A stretch of 64,000 bases of DNA from Eledone cirrhosa. Taxonomy: Eukaryota. Below the pieces are notes generated by a model. The model did no database searches, was not told where the DNA came from, and saw only the letters and a program-made list of their open reading frames with translations. Location: positions 29,884,001 to 29,948,000 of the forward strand of contig OZ024747.1 in assembly GCA_964016885.1 (NCBI GenBank), in the 5' to 3' direction. This document shows positions 56,501 through 64,000 of this stretch, one piece after another. How positions within the stretch are numbered: the first letter of the stretch is position 1; each line of letters starts with the position of its first letter. The translations under genes were made by a program, and so were the position numbers.

Positions 56501-59500
56501 TTTTTCAGCGTGTATGTATAAATGTATAAACGCATTTTTTCCAAATACTGTGTAAAATGATCAATTTGTGAAAAACCTAAAAAAATCAATTTTAGAAATC
56601 AGAAGTAAATATTTCGAAAAGTATAAAAAAATTGATTATTTTAGGTTTTTCACAAATTGATCATTTTACACAGTATTTCGAAATATTGTTTTTTTACAAA
56701 AAACATTGATTTTTTTTCTTTCGAAATATATACTTTCTGATTTCGAAAATTGATATATATTTTGTATTTTTCAAACACAATGTATAAACGCATTTTTTTG
56801 AAAAAAAACATTTTTTCCAAATACTCTGTAAAATGATCAATTTGTGAAAAACCTAAAAAAATCAATTTTAGAAGTCAGAAGTAAATATTTCGAAAAGTAT
56901 AAAAAAATTGATTATTTTAGGTTTTTCACAAATTGATAATTTTACACAATATTTCGAAAATTTGTTTTTTTTCAAAAAAGATTGATTTTTTTTTCTTTCG
57001 AAATATATACTTTCTGATTTCGAAAATTGATATACATTTTGTATTTTTCAAATATTTTTCAACGTGTTGAAACACAGTGTATAAACGCATTCTTTTGAAA
57101 AAAAAACATTTTTTCCAAATACTGTGAAAAAACCTAAAAAAATCAATTTTAGAAATTAGAAGTAAATATTTCGAAAAGTGTAAATAAATTGATTATTTTA
57201 GGTTTTTCACAAATTGATCATTTTACACAGTATTTCGAAAAATTGTTTTTTTTCAAAAAAGATTGATTTTTTTTCTTTTGAAATATCTACTTTCTGATTT
57301 CGAAAATTGTTATATATTTTGTATTTTTAAAAAATTTTTCAGCGTGTATGTATAAATGTATAAACGCATTTTTTCCAAATACTGTGTAAAATGATCAATT
57401 TGTGAAAAACCTAAAAAAATCAATTTTAGAAATCAGAAGTAAATATTTCGAAAAGTATAAAAAAATTGATCATTTTAGGTTTTTCACAAATTGATCATTT
57501 TACACAGTATTTCGAAAAATTGTTTTTTTACAAAAAACATTGATTTTTTTTCTTTCGAAATATAGACTTTCTGATTTCGAAAATTGATATATATTTTGTA
57601 TTTTTCAAACACAATGTATAAACGCATTTTTTTGAAAAAAAACATTTTTTCCAAATACTGTGTAAATTGATCAATTTGTGAAAAACCTAAAAAAATCAAT
57701 TCTAGAAATCAAAAGTAAATATTTCGAAAAGTGTAAACAAATTGATTATTTTAGGTTTTTCACAAATTGATCATTTTACACAGTATTTCGAAAAATTGTT
57801 TTTTTTCAAAAAAGACTGATTTTTTTTCTTTCGAAATATCTACTTTCTGATTTCGAAAATTGTTATATATTTTGTATTTTTAAAAAGTTTTTCAACGTGT
57901 CGAAACATAATGTATAAACGCATTTTTTCCAAATACTGTGTAAAATGATCTATTTGTGAAAAAGCTAAAAAAATCAATTTTAGAAATTGGAAGTAAATAT
58001 TTCAAAAAGTATAAAAAAATTGATTATTCTAGGTTCTTCACAAATTGATCATTTTAAACAGTATTTCGAAAAATTATTTTTTTTCCAAAAACATTGATTT
58101 TTTTCTTTCGAAATATATATTTTCTGATTTCGAATATTGATATACATTTTGTATTTTTCAAATATTTTTCAACGTATGTATAAACAATGTATAAACGCAT
58201 TTTTTTGAAAAAAAACATTTTTTCCAAATACTGTGTAAATTGATCAATTTGTGAAAAAACCTAAAAAAATCAATTTTAGAAATCAGAAGTAAATATTTCG
58301 AAAAGTGTAAACAAATTGATTATTTTAGGTTTTTCACAAATTGATCATTTTACACAGTATTTCGAAAAATTGTTTTTTTTCAAAAAAGATTGATTTTTTT
58401 TCTTTTGAAATATCTACTTTCTGATTTCGAAAATTGTTATATAATTTGTATTTTTAAAAAATTTTTCAGCGTGTATGTATAAATGTATAAACGCATTTTT
58501 TCCAAATACTGTGTAAAATGATCAATTTGTGAAAAACCTAAAAAAATCAATTTTAGAAATCAGAAGTAAATATTTCGAAAAGTATAAAAAAATTGATTAT
58601 TTTAGGTTTTTCACAAATTGATCATTTTACACAGTATTTCGAAAAATTGTTTTTTTACAAAAAACATTGATTTTTTTTCTTTCGAAATATATACTTTCTG
58701 ATTTCGAAAATTGATATATATTTTGTATTTTTCAAACACAATGTATAAACGCATTTTTTTGAAAAAAAACATTTTTTCCAAATACTCTGTAAAATGATCA
58801 ATTTGTGAAAAACCTAAAAAAATCAATTTTAGAAGTCAGAAGTAAATATTTCGAAAAGTATAAAAAAATTGATTATTTTAGGTTTTTGATAATTTTACAC
58901 AATATTTCGAAAATTTGTTTTTTTTCAAAAAAGATTGATTTTTTTTCTATCGAAATATATACTTTCTGATTTCGAAAATTGATATACATTTTGTATTTTT
59001 CAACGTGTTGAAACACAGTGTGTAAACGCATTCTTTTGAAAAAAAAACATTTTTTCCAAATACTGTGAAAAAACCTAAAAAAATCAATTTTAGAAATTAG
59101 AAGTAAATATTTCGAAAAGTGTAAACAAATTGATTATTTTAGGTTTTTCACAAATTGATCATTTTACACAGTATTTCGAAAAATTGTTTTTTTTCAAAAA
59201 AGATTGATTTTTTTTCTTTTGAAATATCTACTTTCTGATTTCGAAAATTGTTATATATTTTGTATTTTTAAAAAGTTTTTCAATGTGTCGAAACATAATG
59301 TATAAACGCATTTTTTCCAAATACTGTGTAAAATGATCTATTTGTGAAAAAGCTAAAAAAATCAATTTTAGAAATCGGAAGTAAATATTTCGAAAAGTAT
59401 AAAAAAATTGATTATTTTAGGTTTTTCACAAATTGATCATTTTAAACAGTATTTCGAAAAATTATTTTTTTTCCCAAAACATTGATTTTTTTCTTTCGGA

Positions 59501-62500
59501 ATATATACTTTCTGATTTCGAAAATTGATATATATTTTGTATTTTTCAAACACAATGTATAAACGCATTTTTTTGAAAAAAAACATTTTTTCCAAATACT
59601 GTGTAAAATGATCAATTTGTGAAAAACCTAAAAAAATCAATTTTAGAAATCAGAAGTAAATATTTCGAAAAGTGTAAACAAATTGATTATTTTAGGTTTT
59701 TCACAAATTGATCATTTTACACAGTATTTCGAAAAATTGTTTTTTTTCAAAAAAGATTGATTTTTTTTCTTTCGAAATATCTACTTTCTGATTTCGAAAA
59801 TTGTTATATATTTTGTATTTTTAAAAAATTTTTCAGCGTGTATGTATAAATGTATAAACGCATTTTTTCCAAATACTGTGTAAAATGATCAATTTGTGAA
59901 AAACCTAAAAAAATCAATTTTAGAAATCAGAAGTAAATATTTCGAAAAGTATAAAAAAATTGATTATTTTAGGTTTTTCACAAATTGATCATTTTACACA
60001 GTATTTCGAAAAATTGTTTTTTTACAAAAAACATTGATTTTTTTTCTTTCGAAATATAGACTTTCTGATTTCGAAAATTGTTATATATTTTGTATTTTTA
60101 AAAAGTTTTTCAACGTGTCGAAACATAATGTATAAACGCATTTCTTCCAAATACTGTGTAAAATGATCTATTTTTGAAAAAGCTAAAAAAATCAATTTTA
60201 GAAATCGGAAGTAAATATTTCGAAAAGTATAAAAAAATTGATTATTTTAGGTTTTTCACAAATTGATCATTTTAAACAGTATTTCGAAAAATTATTTTTT
60301 TTCCAAAAACATTGATTTTTTTCTTTCGGAATATATACTTTCTGATTTCGAAAATTGATATATATTTTGTATTTTTCAAACACAATGTATCAACGCATTT
60401 TTTTGAAAAAAAACATTTTTTCCAAATACTGTGTAAAATGATCAATTTGTGAAAAACCTAAAAAAATCAATTTTAGAAATCAGAAGTAAATATTTCGAAA
60501 AGTATAAAAAAATTGATTATTTTAAGTTTTTCACAAATTGATCATTTTACACAGTATTTCAAAAATTGTTTTTTTATCAAAAAAGATTGATTTTTTTTCT
60601 TTCGAAATATATAATTTCTGATTTCGAAATTTGATATATATTTTGTATTTTTCAAAAATTTTTCAACGTATTAAAACACAATGTATAAACGCATTTTTTT
60701 GAAAAAAAACATTTTTTCCAAATACTGTGTAAAATGATCTATTTGTGAAAAAGCTAAAAAAATCAATTTTAGAAATTGGAAGTAAATATTTCGAAAAGTA
60801 TAAAAAAATTGATTATTCTAGGTTCTTCACAAATTGATCATTTTAAACAGTATTTCGAAAAATTATTTTTTTTCCAATAACATTGATTTTTTTCTTTCGA
60901 AATATATATTTTCTGATTTCGAATATTGATATACATTTTGTATTTTTCAAATATTTTTCAACGTATGTATAAACAATGTATAAACGCATTTTTTTGAAAA
61001 AAAACATTTTTTCCAAATACTGTGTAAATTGATCAATTTGTGAAAAAACCTAAAAAAATCAATTTTAGAAATCAGAAGTAAATATTTCGAAAAGTGTAAA
61101 CAAATTGATTATTTTAGGTTTTTCACAAATTGATCATTTTACACAGTATTTCGAAAAATTGTTTTTTTTCAAAAAAGATTGATTTTTTTTCTTTTGAAAT
61201 ATCTACTTTCTGATTTCGAAAATTGTTATATATTTTGTATTTTTAAAAAGTTTTTCAACGTGTCGAAACATAATGTATAAACGCATTTCTTCCAAATACT
61301 GTGTAAAATGATCTATTTTTGAAAAAGCTAAAAAAATCAATTTTAGAAATCGGAAGTAAATATTTCGAAAAGTATAAAAAAATTGATTATTTTAGGTTTT
61401 TCACAAATTGATCATTTTAAACAGTATTTCGAAAAATTATTTTTTTTCCAAAAACATTGATTTTTTTCTTTCGGAATATATACTTTCTGATTTCGAAAAT
61501 TGATATATATTTTGTATTTTTCAAACACAATGTATCAACGCATTTTTTTGAAAAAAAACATTTTTTCCAAATACTGTGTAAAATGATCAATTTGTGAAAA
61601 ACCTAAAAAAATCAATTTTAGAAATCAGAAGTAAATATTTCGAAAAGTATAAAAAAATTGATTATTTTAGGTTTTTCACAAATTGATCATTTTACACAGT
61701 ATTTCAAAAATTGTTTTTTTATCAAAAAAGATTGATTTTTTTTCTTTCGAAATATATAATTTCTGATTTCGAAATTTGATATATATTTTGTATTTTTCAA
61801 AAATTTTTCAACGTATTAAAACACAATGTATAAACGCATTTTTTTGAAAAAAAACATTTTTTCCAAATACTGTGTAAATTGATCAATTTGTGAAAAAACC
61901 TAAAAAAATCAATTTTAGAAATCAGAAGTAAATATTTCGAAAAGTATAAAAAAATTGATTATTTTAGGTTTTTCACAAATTGATAATTTTACACAGTATT
62001 TCGAAAATTTGTTTTTTTTCAAAAAAGATTGATTTTTTTTCTATCGAAATATATACTTTCTGATTTCGAAAATTGATATACATTTTGTATTTTTCAAATA
62101 TTTTTCAACGTATGTATAAACAATGTATAAACGCATTTTTTTGAAAAAAAACATTTTTTCCAAATACTGTGTAAAATGATCTATTTGTGAAAAAGCTAAA
62201 AAAATCAATTTTAGAAATTGGAAGTAAATATTTCGAAAAGTATAAAAAAATTGATTATTCTAGGTTCTTCACAAATTGATCATTTTAAACAGTATTTCGA
62301 AAAATTATTTTTTTTCCAATAACATTGATTTTTTTCTTTCGAAATATATATTTTCTGATTTCGAATATTGATATACATTTTGTATTTTTCAAATATTTTT
62401 CAACGTATGTATAAACAATGTATAAACGCATTTTTTTGAAAAAAAACATTTTTTCCAAATACTGTGTAAATTGATCAATTTGTGAAAAAACCTAAAAAAA

Positions 62501-64000
62501 TCAATTTTAGAAATCAGAAGTAAATATTTCGAAAAGTGTAAACAAATTGATTATTTTAGGTTTTTCACAAATTGATCATTTTACACAGTATTTCGAAAAA
62601 TTGTTTTTTTTCAAAAAAGATTGATTTTTTTTCTTTTGAAATATCTACTTTCTGATTTCGAAAATTGTTATATATTTTGTATTTTTAAAAAGTTTTTCAA
62701 CGTGTCGAAACATAATGTATAAACGCATTTCTTCCAAATACTGTGTAAAATGATCTATTTTTGAAAAAGCTAAAAAAATCAATTTTAGAAATCGGAAGTA
62801 AATATTTCGAAAAGTATAAAAAAATTGATTATTTTAGGTTTTTCACAAATTGATCATTTTAAACAGTATTTCGAAAAATTATTTTTTTTCCAAAAACATT
62901 GATTTTTTTCTTTCGGAATATATACTTTCTGATTTCGAAAATTGATATATATTTTGTATTTTTCAAACACAATGTATCAACGCATTTTTTTGAAAAAAAA
63001 CATTTTTTCCAAATACTGTGTAAAATGATCAATTTGTGAAAAACCTAAAAAAATCAATTTTAGAAATCAGAAGTAAATATTTCGAAAAGTATAAAAAAAT
63101 TGATTATTTTAGGTTTTTCACAAATTGATCATTTTACACAGTATTTCGAAAAATTGTTTTTTTATCAAAAAAGATTGATTTTTTTTCTTTCGAAATATAT
63201 AATTTCTGATTTCGAAATTTGATATATATTTTGTATTTTTCAAAAATTTTTCAACGTATTAAAACACAATGTATAAACGCATTTTTTTGAAAAAAAACAT
63301 TTTTTCCAAATACTGTGTAAATTGATCAATTTGTGAAAAAACCTAAAAAAATCAATTTTAGAAATCAGAAGTAAATATTTCGAAAAGTATAAAAAAATTG
63401 ATTATTTTAGGTTTTTCACAAATTGATAATTTTACACAGTATTTCGAAAATTTGTTTTTTTTCAAAAAAGATTGATTTTTTTTCTATCGAAATATATACT
63501 TTCTGATTTCGAAAATTGATATACATTTTGTATTTTTCAAATATTTTTCAACGTATGTATAAACAATGTATAAACGCATTTTTTTGAAAAAAAACATTTT
63601 TTCCAAATACTGTGTAAATTGATCAATTTGTGAAAAAACCTAAAAAAAATCAATTTTAGAAATCAGAAGTAAATATTTCGAAAAGTGTAAACAAATTGAT
63701 TATTTTAGGTTTTTCACAAATTGATCATTTTACACAGTATTTCGAAAAATTGTTTTTTTTCAAAAAAGATTGATTTTTTTTCTTTTGAAATATCTACTTT
63801 CTGATTTCGAAAATTGTTATATAATTTGTATTTTTAAAAAATTTTTCAGCGTGTATGTATAAATGTATAAACGCATTTTTTCCAAATACTGTGTAAAATG
63901 ATCAATTTGTGAAAAACCTAAAAAAATCAATTTTAGAAATCAGAAGTAAATATTTCGAAAAGTATAAAAAAATTGATTATTTTAGGTTTTTCACAAATTG
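41580..64000 (+). repeat. Highly homogeneous nested HOR domain: 21-mer (~5.9 kb), 26-mer (~7.34 kb) and 47-mer (13,222 bp)
   Basis: The diagnostic monomer TTATTCTAGGTTCTTC...TCCAATAACA starts at 41687, 47587, 49029, 54909, 60809 and 62251. ORF triplets: 43428/50769/56650, 44262/51602/57484, 45389/52729/58611, 46215/53555/59437. Confidence 0.92.

Larger units (their letters stand above)
1..64000. repeat. AT-rich tandem satellite DNA array, ~277-bp monomer, ~230 head-to-tail copies, running off both window ends
   Basis: The anchor TTGATTATT(T/C)TAGGTTTTT recurs at 106, 383, 649, 927, 1202, 1487 and onward to the window end, always in the same orientation. No unique sequence is seen between copies. 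Confidence 0.99.

Noticed and set aside
2326-59640. About 90 short, similar ORFs (MIFLGFSQIDHFTQYLEK...), resembling a tandem peptide gene family
   Set aside because: They are translations of the satellite, mostly from non-ATG starts, rich in K/F/I/N from A/T runs. Frames shift freely with homopolymer length, and many monomers and long stretches (about 46.4-50.7 kb and 59.7-64 kb) have no ORF in the track.
1-64000. CRISPR array or integron-like cassette array (palindromic repeats with variable intervening segments)
   Set aside because: The variable segment C is a small set of homologous alleles, not unique spacers or cassettes. The unit is ~277 bp, and no cas or integrase gene is present.
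1-64000. Tandem RNA gene cluster (5S rRNA, tRNA, snRNA, spliced leader)
   Set aside because: No recognisable conserved RNA motifs or Pol III A/B boxes. GC of about 20% and many T-runs on both strands would terminate Pol III.
1-64000. CENP-B box or telomeric repeats (TTTTAGG/CCTAAAA occurs in each arm)
   Set aside because: No TTCG-N4-A-N2-CGGG motif was seen. TTTTAGG occurs once per arm and never in tandem.
1-64000. Large inversion or strand switch in the array
   Set aside because: Reverse-complement matches are explained by the IRs inside each monomer. The asymmetric marker TGTATAAACGCA stays on the + strand throughout.
1-64000. Assignment to a named satellite family or organism
   Set aside because: I do not recognise the monomer with confidence. 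A BLAST/Dfam search of the consensus is needed.

Overview
The whole 64 kb is one uninterrupted, head-to-tail, single-orientation tandem array (satellite DNA). The monomer is very AT-rich (about 20% GC, counted on one monomer) and about 277 bp long (range about 258-299 bp, roughly 230 copies). I see no credible gene, RNA gene, transposase or CRISPR array. The ORF track is just the satellite translated repeatedly, mostly from TTG/alternative starts and with frames broken by homopolymer length changes. The interesting part is the structure. (1) Each monomer holds two interleaved inverted-repeat pairs (A-B-C-A'-B'; A about 72 bp, B about 50 bp), so several mutually exclusive hairpins or cruciforms are possible. 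(2) Monomer variants are arranged in nested higher-order repeats (HORs) that change along the array: an old unit of about 5.5 kb at 0-7 kb and again at 33-38 kb, 11-mer and 12-mer units (3.1 and 3.3 kb) at about 9.5-30.5 kb, and very homogeneous 21-/26-/47-mer units (5.9, 7.34 and 13.22 kb) from about 41.6 kb to the end, with chimeric junction monomers that can be read. This looks like eukaryotic centromeric or pericentromeric satellite. Organism and function cannot be determined from the sequence alone. All alignments were done by eye, so block boundaries are approximate.
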